Shown one piece after another: positions 1-9,697 of a stretch of DNA of 64,000 nucleotides. Both the position numbers and the translations under genes were made by a program. The notes beneath the pieces were generated by a model. The model saw nothing but the letters and a program-made list of their open reading frames with translations, was not told the DNA's origin and ran no database searches. Source of the DNA: Gemmatimonadales bacterium (GTDB lineage Bacteria; Gemmatimonadota; Gemmatimonadetes; Gemmatimonadales; JACORV01); contig DASXPG010000106.1 in the NCBI GenBank assembly GCA_036493755.1, forward strand, positions 11,241 through 75,240, given 5' to 3'. Each line of letters starts with the position of its first letter. Within the stretch, counting starts at the first letter, position 1.

Positions 1-1000
1 GGCTCTCGGTGAGCAGCTGCCGCACCAGCCGGTAGCGTGAGGCGCCGACCGCGATGCGGACCGCGACCTCGCGCCGCCGCGCCATGGCTCTCGCCAGCAG
101 CAGATTGGCCACGTTAGCGCAGGCAATGAGCAGCACCAGGCCGGTCATCACCAGCAACGCAGCGAAAACCGGACGCAGCGCTGCCGGCGCGTCGACGGCG
201 CCGTGGGAGCGGAGTACGGCACCGAGAGGCTGGGCCAGTCCGGCCGCGCGGCTCGCTCGCATCGCCAGCGGCTCGACCTCGGCCGCCGCCTGCGCCAGGC
301 TCACACCGGGCTTGAGCCGTCCGATCACGTACATCGAACGCCGTTGCCGGTCCTGGAGCAGCTGCGTGCCATCGGACATCAGCAGCGGCATCACTGTCAT
401 GGGCACATAGAGATGAAAGTCCATGCCGACGTAGGTGCCGCCGAAACGCGGCGCCGCCACGCCCACGATGGTGAACGACGAGCCATTGAGGGTGATGGTG
501 CGGCCGATGACGCCGGAATCGGCGGCGAAGCGGCGCTGCCAGTAGGCCTGACCCAGAACGGCCACCGGCACGCGGCGCTGCTCGTCGTCGGGACGGATCA
601 GGCGGCCCAGCAGGGCATGCACGCCTAACAAGTCGAAATAATTGCCCGAAACCGTCACGCCCCAGGCCCGCTCGGTCGAACCCGATCCATCGCGGAGTCC
701 GAGCTGCATCATGTCCCAGCCGGCCAGGTCCGCGCTGCGGGCGCCGTCACGCCAATCATGGAATTCGGGCCAGGAGACGTTCCAGAAACCGCCTTCGGGC
801 GCCCGCGCGTGGACGACGACGAGCCGGTCGTAAGCCGGGACGGCGGGAAGGGGATTCAGCACCGTGTCGTCGAGCCAGGTGAACACCGTCGATGTCGCGC
901 CAATGCCGAAGCCCAGCGACAACACCGCGATGATCGTCAGGCCCGGCTGGCGGGCGAACGACCGCAATGCATAACGAATGTCCTGGACGAAGTCGTTCAT
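1..1000 (-). CDS. ADOP/MacB-like ABC transporter permease, N-terminal ~333 codons (3' end lies beyond the window start)
   Basis: Reverse strand from ATG at 1000-998 reads [35 protein letters not shown]. Bases 1-150 reverse-translate to the FtsX-type motif [44 protein letters not shown]. Absent from the ORF track because it runs off the window. Confidence 0.8.
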   Translation of the reverse strand, partial: MNDFVQDIRYALRSFARQPGLTIIAVLSLGFGIGATSTVFTWLDDTVLNPLPAVPAYDRLVVVHARAPEGGFWNVSWPEFHDWRDGARSADLAGWDMMQLGLRDGSGSTERAWGVTVSGNYFDLLGVHALLGRLIRPDDEQRRVPVAVLGQAYWQRRFAADSGVIGRTITLNGSSFTIVGVAAPRFGGTYVGMDFHLYVPMTVMPLLMSDGTQLLQDRQRRSMYVIGRLKPGVSLAQAAAEVEPLAMRASRAAGLAQPLGAVLRSHGAVDAPAALRPVFAALLVMTGLVLLIACANVANLLLARAMARRREVAVRIAVGASRYRLVRQLLTES

Positions 1001-3429
1001 TCGTAGCGCAGCGCGACCATCGGATCGATTTTCGCCGCGCGCCGCGCCGGGAACCACGCCGCCGCCGCCGCGACCACCACGAGGACCGAGGCGACGCCGA
1101 CGAAGACCAGCGGATCAGCGGGCCCGACGCCATAGAGCAGCGACTTGAGCGCGCGCGCCATCGCGTACGCTCCCGCCGCACCGACCACCACACCGGCGAT
1201 GGTCGCGCGCAGTCCCTGAGCCAGGATCATCCGCGCCACCCGCCGGGTCTCGGCACCGAGCGCCATGCGGATGCCGATCTCCTGCGTCCGCTGGCTCACC
1301 GAGTAAGCGATGACGGCGAAGATGCCGGTCGCGGAAATGATGAGCGCCAGGATGCCGAAGGCCGAGAAGGCCTCGGCGCCGAGGCGCCACGACCGGAGCT
1401 GGGGGGAGATCTGCTGCTCCAGGGTCTGCACACTGGCGAAGGGCAGATTGCCGCGGGCCTGGACTTCGCGCCGGATGGCATCGGCGATGTCGGTTCCCTT
1501 GGTCCGGGCGCGGACCATCAGCGCGCTGATGTGCAGGTTCTTGACCTGCGCGATCGGCTGGTAGAACGAGACCGACGAGTCGGTGACGCTTCCCCGCTTC
1601 TGATCGGCGACGATGCCCACGATCTGCGTACAGGTCGTGACGGTATCGGCGCCGAGGTACAGGCACTTGCCGAGGGCGCTGCGGCCCGGCCAGAAGTGCG
1701 AGGCCATGCTCGCTTCGATCACCGCGACCTGCTGCGCGCCGCTGACGTCGGCGTCGGTGAAATCGCGCCCCGCCGCGAGGCGGGTTCCCATTGTTCCGAA
1801 ATAGCCGGGGGTGACCCCCGTGAAGTAGGCACCACCGCGCCAATGCACCGTGGCGGTGTCCACGTCCTGGGCATGAAAGCCGAACTTGTAGCCCCAGTTG
1901 AACGGCGTCCCCATCGAGGCGGCGGCGTGTTCGACCCCGGGGAGCTGCCGCACCCGGTCGAGCAGCGACAGGTAGGTGCTGTTGACCTCGCTCGGCGAGA
2001 CGCCGGCGGCGTCGAGGTTCACGGACACCTCGAGCACCTTGGGTGCATCGAAGCCGAGGTCGAGCGACTCCACGTTGCGCAGGCTTCGTACGAAGAGTCC
2101 CGCGCCGACGAGGAGCACCAGCGTGAGCGCCACCTGGGCGATCACCAGCGCCGCCCGAACCCGCGCGCCCTTGTAGGTCGTGTGGTTCCCGCTCTTGAGC
2201 GCCTCGGCAAGGTCGGTGGAGCTGGAGCTGATCGCGGGCAGCATCCCGGTCAGCAGCGTCGTTACCAGGACCGCGAGGGCGGTGAAGACCAGCACGCGGC
2301 CGTCGACCAGCGAGGTGCCGGCGGGGAGATCGGGAATGAGCAGGGAGCGAACCAGTGCGCCGCCCCACGCCGCGAGGAGCAATGCCGCGGCGCCGCCTAA
2401 CGATGCGAGCACCAGGCTTTCCGACAGCAGCAGGCTGGCGAGACCGCCGCGTCCGGCGCCCAGGCCGGCCCGTACCGCCAGCTCGCGGCGGCGGCCGGCG
2501 CCCCGCGCCAGCAGCAGGTTGGCGACATTGGCGCAGGCAATCAGCAGGACCAGCAGCGAGACGCCGCCGATCCACATCGACACCCTCGAGGTGTCGGAGA
2601 GCTCCGGGCTGCGTGCCGCCTCGATGGGCCCGAGAACCACCGTCGCGAGGGTGTCCTGCCCTTTCGCGCCGCGCTCACCGCGCTGCAGCGTCAGGGTCGC
2701 CAGCGCCGCGGCCTGGTCGTCGCGCATCCCCGGCTTGAGCCGGGCGATCGCCTCCATCCACCACCAGGAACGGCTGGTCAGCGCTTCCGTGTTGGCGATT
2801 TCCCCGGCCGAGACTTCGATCGGGAGCCAGAGATCCACCGGCGCCAGCTCGATCCCGCTGAAGCTCCTGGGACCGATGCCGATAACGGTATAGGTCCCCT
2901 TGCCGATCTGGAGCGCGCGCCCGAGAACGGCCGTATCACCCGCGAACCTTCTCTGCCAGAAGCCATAGCTGAGCACGGCGACCCGCTCGCCGGCCGGCGT
3001 GTCTTCGGCGGCGGTGAAAAAGCGGCCTCGCGCGGGCGAAACACCCAGGAGGGGGAAGTAGTCGTGGGAAACCGCGCCGACGTGAATCTGCTCGGCCTGC
3101 GCGCCGCGGCCCAGGCTCAGGTCCCGCTGGGTGGCGGCCGCGGTCCGGTCGAAGACGCCCGAGCCCCGAAGATCGACGAAAGCGGGATACTTGCCGATGC
3201 CGCCGGTGTTGATGTCGTTGCCGAACTTGCGGCGCACATAGATCCGCACCACCCGGTCGGGCTGGGCGACGCCGGCCGGCGGCTTGAGGAAGAGCGTATC
3301 GACGACGCCGAACATCGCGGCGTTGACGCCCATCCCCAGCGCCAGCGTGAGAACGATGCCGAAAGTGAAGCCCGGCGTGCGCGCCAGGGTACGCAGGGCG
3401 TACCTGAGGTCGCGGAGCAGCTTTCCCAT
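997..3429 (-). CDS. ADOP/MacB-like ABC transporter permease (duplicated FtsX-type, 810 aa)
   Basis: Starts [34 protein letters not shown]. Has two FtsX-like blocks ([31 protein letters not shown] and [14 protein letters not shown]) and ends ALRYE. Its stop overlaps the next gene's start (ATGA at 997-1000). Confidence 0.9.
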   Translation of the reverse strand: MGKLLRDLRYALRTLARTPGFTFGIVLTLALGMGVNAAMFGVVDTLFLKPPAGVAQPDRVVRIYVRRKFGNDINTGGIGKYPAFVDLRGSGVFDRTAAATQRDLSLGRGAQAEQIHVGAVSHDYFPLLGVSPARGRFFTAAEDTPAGERVAVLSYGFWQRRFAGDTAVLGRALQIGKGTYTVIGIGPRSFSGIELAPVDLWLPIEVSAGEIANTEALTSRSWWWMEAIARLKPGMRDDQAAALATLTLQRGERGAKGQDTLATVVLGPIEAARSPELSDTSRVSMWIGGVSLLVLLIACANVANLLLARGAGRRRELAVRAGLGAGRGGLASLLLSESLVLASLGGAAALLLAAWGGALVRSLLIPDLPAGTSLVDGRVLVFTALAVLVTTLLTGMLPAISSSSTDLAEALKSGNHTTYKGARVRAALVIAQVALTLVLLVGAGLFVRSLRNVESLDLGFDAPKVLEVSVNLDAAGVSPSEVNSTYLSLLDRVRQLPGVEHAAASMGTPFNWGYKFGFHAQDVDTATVHWRGGAYFTGVTPGYFGTMGTRLAAGRDFTDADVSGAQQVAVIEASMASHFWPGRSALGKCLYLGADTVTTCTQIVGIVADQKRGSVTDSSVSFYQPIAQVKNLHISALMVRARTKGTDIADAIRREVQARGNLPFASVQTLEQQISPQLRSWRLGAEAFSAFGILALIISATGIFAVIAYSVSQRTQEIGIRMALGAETRRVARMILAQGLRATIAGVVVGAAGAYAMARALKSLLYGVGPADPLVFVGVASVLVVVAAAAAWFPARRAAKIDPMVALRYE

Positions 3430-3467
3430 CGCTTACTCCTTCACTGCTACCGAGAGACGGGCTGTGG

Positions 3468-4175
<708 letters not shown>

Positions 4176-4203
4176 TGGACTCCCCTTTGAGTTGTCTTGA
4201 AGC

Positions 4204-4255
4204 GTTGGCTGGCAGCTGGCAGTTGGCGGCTGGCGGCAAACTGCCAGCGGCCAAC
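4204..4255 (-). promoter_or_regulatory. Intercistronic stem-loop between the adaptor and ATPase genes
   Basis: gttggc/gccaac (4204-4209 with 4250-4255) and gctggcagtt/aactgccagc (4215-4224 with 4239-4248) are perfect complements around a 14-nt loop. Confidence 0.4.
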
Positions 4256-4268
4256 CGACAGCGGCCAC

Positions 4269-5522
4269 TCACTTGATTCTGACCCGATCCACGTTGTCCC
4301 ACCGCGTCATGTCCGACAGGATGATCTCGTCGCCCACCTTGAGTCCGCCGACCACTTCGATGTCGTTCACCGACGCGCGGCCGAAGCGGACGTTCACCCG
4401 GTTCCCGTATTTCCCGCCGTCCGAGGTCTTGAAGACCCCCGAGCTGCTGTTGGGCTGGCCGTAGGCGGGGCGCGGCACCGACAGCACGTCGGTCAGCCGC
4501 TCGATCTCGATGGTGCCTTCGATCTGGAGATCGGGACGCGCGCCCTGGGGCAGCGGCCCCTCCAATGAGACATCCACGGTGACCGTTCCGTTGGTCGCAC
4601 CGGGATCCATGCGGATCACGTGGCCCGGAACATGGCCCACGCGCGTATCGATGTCGGCGCTCTGGCCCAGCGCGACGTCGCGGGCCTGGGTCTCAGGAAT
4701 CTTCAGCTCGGCCTTGAGCCGGCCCGGCTGGAGTACCTGCGCCATCTCCGTCCCCGACTGCACCCATTGGCCCGGCTGGAGCGTGAGATCCTGCACCACG
4801 CCGTCGACACCGGCGTTGACGTGCAGTGACTGCACCCGCTGCCGGTTGTACTCGGCGACGTCGCGCAGCCGCGCGATCTGATCGCGCTGCAGGCTCAACT
4901 GGCTGTCCACCGTGCTCGTCATCAGATCGAGCCGATCCTGCTCGATATGCAGCCGCTCGGTCAGCTCGGTGACGAGGTCACGCGCCTTGGCCAGATCGTT
5001 CGCGGCAATGAGGTTGCGCTGCGCCAGCGTCTCTCCGGATGACGACTGCCGTTGCGCCTCGCGCAGCTGGTTGCGCATGTCGGCCACCACGCCCTGCTGG
5101 TTGAGGCGTCCGGTGACCAGCTGGGTCCGAAGGCTGACGAGCTGCGCCTGCGCGGCCGAGAGCTGCTGCTGCGCGGTGAGCGCCTGCAGCTCGACGTCGG
5201 GGTTGCTCATCTCGAGGAGAATGGTGTTGGCGTGAACCGTCGCACCGGGCCGGACCATCACCTGGTCGACACGTCCGCCGGTGACGGCGGAGATGTAACG
5301 GATCTGTTCGGGCCGCAGCTGGCCGGGGCCGTGTACTTCGCGCAGCATCGGGCCGCGCTTCACGACGCCGAACCAGAGTCCGGCACGTTCCACCGTCGGC
5401 GCCGCGGGCTTGAGACCACTCAGTAGAATGGTGACCGCTACCAGGGTCAGCACGCCGGCACCGATGGCGACGTAACGGCCGGTCTTTTTCTTGGGTGCAC
5501 GCTTGATATCCACGACTTCCAT
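4269..5522 (-). CDS. HlyD/MacA-family periplasmic adaptor (membrane fusion protein)
   Basis: N-terminal single TM (YVAIGAGVLTLVAVTILL), a long coiled-coil segment, then beta-barrel-like C-terminus. Sits upstream of the ABC ATPase and permeases on the same strand. Confidence 0.85.
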   Translation of the reverse strand: MEVVDIKRAPKKKTGRYVAIGAGVLTLVAVTILLSGLKPAAPTVERAGLWFGVVKRGPMLREVHGPGQLRPEQIRYISAVTGGRVDQVMVRPGATVHANTILLEMSNPDVELQALTAQQQLSAAQAQLVSLRTQLVTGRLNQQGVVADMRNQLREAQRQSSSGETLAQRNLIAANDLAKARDLVTELTERLHIEQDRLDLMTSTVDSQLSLQRDQIARLRDVAEYNRQRVQSLHVNAGVDGVVQDLTLQPGQWVQSGTEMAQVLQPGRLKAELKIPETQARDVALGQSADIDTRVGHVPGHVIRMDPGATNGTVTVDVSLEGPLPQGARPDLQIEGTIEIERLTDVLSVPRPAYGQPNSSSGVFKTSDGGKYGNRVNVRFGRASVNDIEVVGGLKVGDEIILSDMTRWDNVDRVRIK

Positions 5523-5597
5523 AGAAGCAAGCCGTGTGCCGATTGGAGAATCGACCTAACCATTTCCGCAGTAAGCGCTTAGAAAGTTGGCCGGGAA

Positions 5598-7370
5598 ATG
5601 TTCCTGACCGGACGCGGGATAACCCGTCCCACAACCGGACGACCAATCTCTGACCCCTTACTTTGTACCGTGCCGGATTTCAACGAGTTGTTCGGAGATC
5701 TCTTCGAGCTGGAAGCCTTGGTCGCCGAGTCGGACGATCGCGCGCTCTACATGGTGAGCGAGCGTCTGCTGAAGCGGCGGGTGGCGCTGCGCGTCCAGAA
5801 AAAGGCTGGACCCGGGCTCGACTGGTTCCTGCGCGAAACCGAAGTCCTCGCCGGTCTCGACCATCCCTCGATCCGCCACGTCTACAGCGCCGGAGTGCGC
5901 GGCGGCTCGGCGTACCGGGTCGGCAACTGGATCGCGGGCGAAAGCCTGGCCGACGCCGTGGTGCGCGGACCGCGCCCGATACCGCTGCTGCTCTCCCTCG
6001 CGCGCGATCTCCTCTACGCCCTCGACTATGCGCATGTGCGGGGCATCGTGATGCGCCGGGTGCGTCCGACGACGTTGATGCTCGATGCCAGCGCGCGCGC
6101 CGTCATCACCGATCTGCGTTTCGCCAGCACCGTGCTCGACGCCGTTCCCGAAGAATTGCGCAGCGACGACGACGTCTTCCTCGCCCCCGAAGTGCGGGAT
6201 GGGTCGCGCGGCACCCCGAGCGCCGACATCTGGGCCATCGGCGCGGTACTCTATTTCACCGCGACCGGCCTGCAGCCGGGAAGCAGCATCCTGCCGATCA
6301 GAGAGCTGCGCGCCGATTTCCCGCCCAACATCGATGCCTGGCTGATGCGCGCCCTCGAAACCAAGCCGCGCGATCGATTCTTCACCGCCGCGGAAATGCT
6401 CGCCGAGCTGGCGAACTTCACCGATCCATGGACCGAGCCGGCCAGTGCCGGGCCGGTTACCATCATGCCCGATTCTCCGGGCTGGGAGCGGCGGCTACGC
6501 CGCGCGCTGGGCGACGATTATGCGCTGGAGTCTGAGGTCGGCCAGGGGAGCTTTGGGCGGGTCTACAGGGTGCGCGACCTGCGCCTGGAGCGCCAGGTGG
6601 CGATGAAGGTCCTCGATCCGCGCCTGACCCAGGATCCGGCCATCGCCGAAGGCTTCGTGCGCGAGGCCCAGCTCGCCGCCAGCCTGGAGCATCCCAACAT
6701 CGTCAGCATCTACGACATCGACGGCCGGCTGGGCCTGCTCTGGTACACGATGGAGCTGATCCGCGGCGAGAATGTGGCGCAGATGGTGGACAAGCGTGGC
6801 CGGATGTCGCCGGCCGCGGCGGTGGCCATCGTGGACGACACCTTGAGCGCGCTCGAATACGCGCACCAGCGCCGCGTCGTCCACCGGGACATCAAGCCGG
6901 AAAACCTTCTGGTGGACAAGGAAGGCCGCATCCATGTCACCGACTTCGGCCTCGCCCTGGCGCTGCCCCGGGGCCGCATCTTCGGCGGCGCCACCAGCCG
7001 CAGCGGCACGCCGCAGTTTGCCGCCCCCGAGCAGCTCGCCGGCGGCCAGGTGGACCAGCGCACCGACCTCTTCTCGTTAGGCGCCGTCGGCTACTACCTG
7101 CTGCTGGGCCGGCCTCCCTTCCCCGAACGCGGGCCCGAAAACGCCTGGCGCGGCGACGTCGGCTTCAGCCTGCCCAACATCGCGGCCGAACGCGACGACG
7201 TTTCCCCTCCCCTGGAGCTGGCGCTGCGCAAGGCTTGCAGCTTCCAGCCCGGCGATCGCTTCCCCAGCGGCGCGACCTTCCGAGAGGCCCTGGAGATGGC
7301 GGGATACGTCACCGGCGAACGACGACTTCCGGAACCCACGCTGCTGGAGCGATTCAGAAAGCTTTTCTGA
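5598..7370 (+). CDS. Ser/Thr protein kinase with an N-terminal degenerate (pseudo)kinase domain and a C-terminal canonical kinase domain
   Basis: Second half has GQGSFGRVY, VAMK, HRDIKPENLL, DFGLA and APE. First half has the same fold-length spacing but VALRV, MRRVRPTTLML and DLRFA at those positions. The start codon is uncertain (ATG 5598 or GTG near 5669). Confidence 0.85.
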   Translation: MFLTGRGITRPTTGRPISDPLLCTVPDFNELFGDLFELEALVAESDDRALYMVSERLLKRRVALRVQKKAGPGLDWFLRETEVLAGLDHPSIRHVYSAGVRGGSAYRVGNWIAGESLADAVVRGPRPIPLLLSLARDLLYALDYAHVRGIVMRRVRPTTLMLDASARAVITDLRFASTVLDAVPEELRSDDDVFLAPEVRDGSRGTPSADIWAIGAVLYFTATGLQPGSSILPIRELRADFPPNIDAWLMRALETKPRDRFFTAAEMLAELANFTDPWTEPASAGPVTIMPDSPGWERRLRRALGDDYALESEVGQGSFGRVYRVRDLRLERQVAMKVLDPRLTQDPAIAEGFVREAQLAASLEHPNIVSIYDIDGRLGLLWYTMELIRGENVAQMVDKRGRMSPAAAVAIVDDTLSALEYAHQRRVVHRDIKPENLLVDKEGRIHVTDFGLALALPRGRIFGGATSRSGTPQFAAPEQLAGGQVDQRTDLFSLGAVGYYLLLGRPPFPERGPENAWRGDVGFSLPNIAAERDDVSPPLELALRKACSFQPGDRFPSGATFREALEMAGYVTGERRLPEPTLLERFRKLF

Positions 7371-7381
7371 AGCAGCTAAAA

Positions 7382-7425
7382 ACAGATTGAGACAGATTGA
7401 GACAGATTGAGACAGATTGAGACAG
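7382..7425 (+). repeat. Perfect 10-bp tandem repeat (acagattgag) x4.4
   Basis: Read directly: acagattgag acagattgag acagattgag acagattgag acag. Confidence 0.95.
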
Positions 7426-7432
7426 TAAACAA

Positions 7433-7457
7433 AACCCCACGGAGTCGTCGTGGGGTT
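7433..7457. terminator. Candidate bidirectional terminator hairpin between convergent genes
   Basis: aaccccacg (7433-7441) pairs with cgtggggtt (7449-7457) around a 7-nt loop. On the minus strand it is followed by TTTTGTTTACTG. It lies between the kinase stop (7370) and the minus-strand ORF stop (7502). Confidence 0.5.
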
Positions 7458-7501
7458 TGCTGTCTGCTGCCTCAATCTGTCCCAATCTGTCCTTTGACTG
7501 C

Positions 7502-7732
7502 CTATCGAAGCGACCGCCCTCCGGAGCGCCGATCGTTCACCTGCCGGCGCTCGCCGCCGGAGCGCCGCTCATCGATACCGCGTCGATCGAGCCCGGACCG
7601 GCGATCGGTGGAGACCCACATATTCTGCTCCCGCCGCTCATCGGCGCGCCGATCTGCCTCCCGGCGCTCGGACTCTCTGCGACCCGAGTAGAACCTGCGA
7701 TCGGAGTCCTGCGAACCTGTTTCAACTACCAC
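7502..7732 (-). CDS. Small arginine-rich repeat protein (76 aa) with about nine [DE]RR motifs; no family recognised
   Basis: GTG at 7732 is preceded by GGGAGG 8 nt upstream. Product: VVVETGSQDSDRRFYSGRRESERREADRRADERREQNMWVSTDRRSGLDRRGIDERRSGGERRQVNDRRSGGRSLR. The repeats are also visible at DNA level (cgccgctcatcg x2). Confidence 0.45.
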   Translation of the reverse strand: MVVETGSQDSDRRFYSGRRESERREADRRADERREQNMWVSTDRRSGLDRRGIDERRSGGERRQVNDRRSGGRSLR

Positions 7733-7771
7733 GATTCTGACCTCCCGGGTGGTTCGCGATAAAACGACCGG

Positions 7772-7827
7772 AAAAAAGGCGGCGGTATGATTGCGAGTCT
7801 GACCCCAACCCGCAAGAGCAGTGCCGC
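7772..7827 (-). terminator. Candidate intrinsic terminator after copD
   Basis: On the minus strand, nested stems (gcggc/gccgc and ttgcg/cgcaa) are followed by CTTTTTTCC (A-run 7772-7777 on the plus strand). The structure begins at the copD stop codon. Confidence 0.4.
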
Positions 7828-8777
7828 TATTCGGACCCCGGCTCGGGTGTAACGACAAGCACCGCCGTGACTAGCAGCACCATCACCCCCAGAATGACCT
7901 CCAGCCGGATACTTCGGTGAATCGGCGCCGTTTCGCCGCTTTTGACCAGGGCTGGCCCCAGTTTGCGCCAGTTGACCGCTCCGGTCGCTGTCATGACACC
8001 AACCGCTACCAGCTTGACCACCAAGGTCAGGCCGTAGCGGCTCTGCCACAGTGCTGCCAGGCTGCCGAGGTGAAGCCACGACGCCACAATGCCGCTCAGA
8101 AGGACGAGGGAGGCGCTGGTGAGGGCCAAGGGCGAATAGGCCACTACGATCGCCGCGGCCAGAATGCCGGGCGATACCGAGGCCGGAGGATCCGATTCCC
8201 GGCTGAATCCCTTGTGCACCAGCATCAGCGACCGAAGCAACAGGATCATCGACCCCAGCCAGGCGCTCGCGCCGACCACGTGGACGATGTCGCTGGCGAC
8301 CGCCAGGACCGTGAGCCGCTCGCTTCCCAGTGCATGTCCGCTCAGCGAGAGCGTCGCCGCGAGCGGCACCGCGATCAGCGCGGCGAGCAGCCAGCCGCGC
8401 CGGCCCCTCGCCGCGGCGGTATACGCCAGGGCGGCGCTGAACATCAGCAGCACCTGGCATCCCCATACCAGGCCCCACTCGGTGTGCAGGCCAAGCGCGG
8501 TGAGCTGAGGGAAGATCGGCGAGGCATTGTCGTACAGCTCGGAGAACTGGAGCGGCAGTCGGCTGACGGATGCGAGAAGGCCGAGGCAGGCGCCCATCGT
8601 CGCGAGGCGCGCGGTGTGAATCTCCAGCGCGTCTCCGCGCCCGGAAACCGCGGTCGCCTGGCGCACCGACGCGCGGCGGAGAACCAGGAATCGAAACGCC
8701 GCCGCGCCCACGACTACGAGCACAGCGGCGAAAAGCGCCCATCGATCGACCAGGCCCGCCGGCGCGAGCGGGTTCAT
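7827..8777 (-). CDS. copD: CopD-family copper resistance membrane protein
   Basis: Polytopic membrane protein starting MNPLAPAGLVDRWALFAAVLVVVGAAAFRF. It has the SGHA and HVVGASAWLG histidine motifs typical of CopD. Start chosen at 8777, 8 nt after the copC stop. Confidence 0.85.
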   Translation of the reverse strand: MNPLAPAGLVDRWALFAAVLVVVGAAAFRFLVLRRASVRQATAVSGRGDALEIHTARLATMGACLGLLASVSRLPLQFSELYDNASPIFPQLTALGLHTEWGLVWGCQVLLMFSAALAYTAAARGRRGWLLAALIAVPLAATLSLSGHALGSERLTVLAVASDIVHVVGASAWLGSMILLLRSLMLVHKGFSRESDPPASVSPGILAAAIVVAYSPLALTSASLVLLSGIVASWLHLGSLAALWQSRYGLTLVVKLVAVGVMTATGAVNWRKLGPALVKSGETAPIHRSIRLEVILGVMVLLVTAVLVVTPEPGSE

Positions 8778-8784
8778 GCCACGG

Positions 8785-9207
8785 TCAGTGCGACGCGGCC
8801 GGCGCCACCGTGAAGGCGAAGTGGCCGCTGGAGACATGACCGTCCCGCGGCATCGCTCGCCAGGTAACGGTGTAACGTCCCGCGCCAAGGTGGCCTTGAA
8901 CATCGACGGCGACCGGCGAGTTGGCCGCAGCCGCCGCATACGGCTTGCCGGTCGCGACCGCATGGCCGGCGGCATCGCTGAGCCGGACCGTGCTGACGGC
9001 CAGCTGCAGGGGTTCGGTGAACCACAGCCGGATCGCCGTCGGCGCGACCTTCACGGTACTGTCGGCTCCGGGCTCGGAACGCACGAGATGAGTGTGTTTG
9101 AAAGCAAAGGCAGATAGCGACAGGTACAAACAGATCGATACAGCAAACAGGCCGAGGTTTGCTGTCTGAATCTGTCTCAACCTGTTCTTAGCTGTTGTCG
9201 TTTTCAT
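8785..9207 (-). CDS. copC: CopC-family periplasmic copper-binding protein
   Basis: Signal peptide MKTTTAKNRLRQIQTANLGLFAVSICLYLSLSAFAFK, then a mature N-terminus HTHLVRSEPGADSTV. The fold pattern is CopC/YobA-like (RLWFTEP, YTVTWRAMPRDGHVSSG). Followed directly by copD. Confidence 0.8.
   Translation of the reverse strand: MKTTTAKNRLRQIQTANLGLFAVSICLYLSLSAFAFKHTHLVRSEPGADSTVKVAPTAIRLWFTEPLQLAVSTVRLSDAAGHAVATGKPYAAAAANSPVAVDVQGHLGAGRYTVTWRAMPRDGHVSSGHFAFTVAPAASH
9126..9194. repeat. Composite palindromic repeat element, copy B (inside the copC 5' coding region)
   Basis: The reverse complement of 9162-9194 (cagctaagaacaggttgagacagattcagacag) matches 7373-7405 at 30 of 33 positions. The arms acaaacagatcgatacagcaaac and gtttgctgtctgaatctgtctc pair around the loop aggccgag. 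Confidence 0.65.
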
Positions 9208-9211
9208 AAGG

Positions 9212-9283
9212 AGCCACCGGTCGGAATTGAACCGACGACCGCTCGATTACGAATCGAGAGCTCTACCCCTGAGCTACGGTGGC
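9212..9283 (-). tRNA. tRNA-Thr (anticodon CGU)
   Basis: GCCACCG TA GCTC AGGGGTA GAGC T CTCGA TTCGTAA TCGAG CGGTC GTCGG TTCAATT CCGAC CGGTGGC T folds as a full cloverleaf. CCA is not encoded. Confidence 0.9.
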
Positions 9284-9406
9284 GGGTGCCCTGAAGCGCA
9301 CGGCCCAAAGCTAGCGGCCCGGTTTACGATCCGGTACTCCGCCGTCAGATAACGACTGGCTGACCAATTCAGCGTTTTGTGGGTACCACAGTCAGGAGGC
9401 GTTGCT

Positions 9407-9697
9407 ATGCCAAAGATCGGACTCGGTGGGGACGTTCATGCCCGTTTTGCCATTCTCGCCGGACTGGTGCGTCATGAGTACTGGCTGCATGGCGAAACGC
9501 CTGAAGATTTCGATTTCAAGGCGGACCCGGATACCATGACACTCAGCGCACTCAAGCACGACGGCACCCGGTGTGTGTTTACCATCGATGAAGCGCGCCT
9601 TCTGGTCAGTGACCTCCATTCGCTGGCGGTGGACTTCTACAAAGCACACTGCGAGGGAACCAGCCGGTTTTCACGCTCGGCGCGCCGGCCCGCCTAG
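9407..9697 (+). CDS. Hypothetical protein (96 aa)
   Basis: AGGAGG lies 7 nt upstream of ATG 9407. Product starts MPKIGLGGDVHARFAILAGLVRHEYWLHGETPEDFDFKADPD. No recognisable motif. It sits in a visibly less GC-rich stretch between two tRNAs. Confidence 0.45.
   Translation: MPKIGLGGDVHARFAILAGLVRHEYWLHGETPEDFDFKADPDTMTLSALKHDGTRCVFTIDEARLLVSDLHSLAVDFYKAHCEGTSRFSRSARRPA

Larger units (their letters stand above)
7373..7492. repeat. Composite palindromic repeat element, copy A
   Basis: cagctaaaaa, then (acagattgag) x4.4, then gacagtaaac, a central GC hairpin, gtttgctgtc, then two reverse-complement units (caatctgtc x2). The left and right arms are complementary. Confidence 0.7.

Noticed and set aside
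967-2575. Long ORFs 967-2400 (+, 477 aa) and 1115-2575 (-, 486 aa) overlapping the permease gene
   Set aside because: Their translations are Arg/Pro/Gly/Ala-rich low-complexity strings typical of off-frame reading of GC-rich DNA. The 997-3429 frame gives a coherent permease.
7382-7425. The tandem repeat as a possible CRISPR array
   Set aside because: The units are 10 bp and directly abutting with no spacers, and no cas genes are present. It is a microsatellite-like part of a palindromic element.
7407-7762. Plus-strand ORFs 7407-7691 and 7457-7762
   Set aside because: They have no RBS, they start inside the repeat/terminator region, and their products are Pro/Ser/Arg-rich antisense reads of the [DE]RR-repeat frame. 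The minus-strand frame has a strong RBS. Even that call remains only moderately confident.
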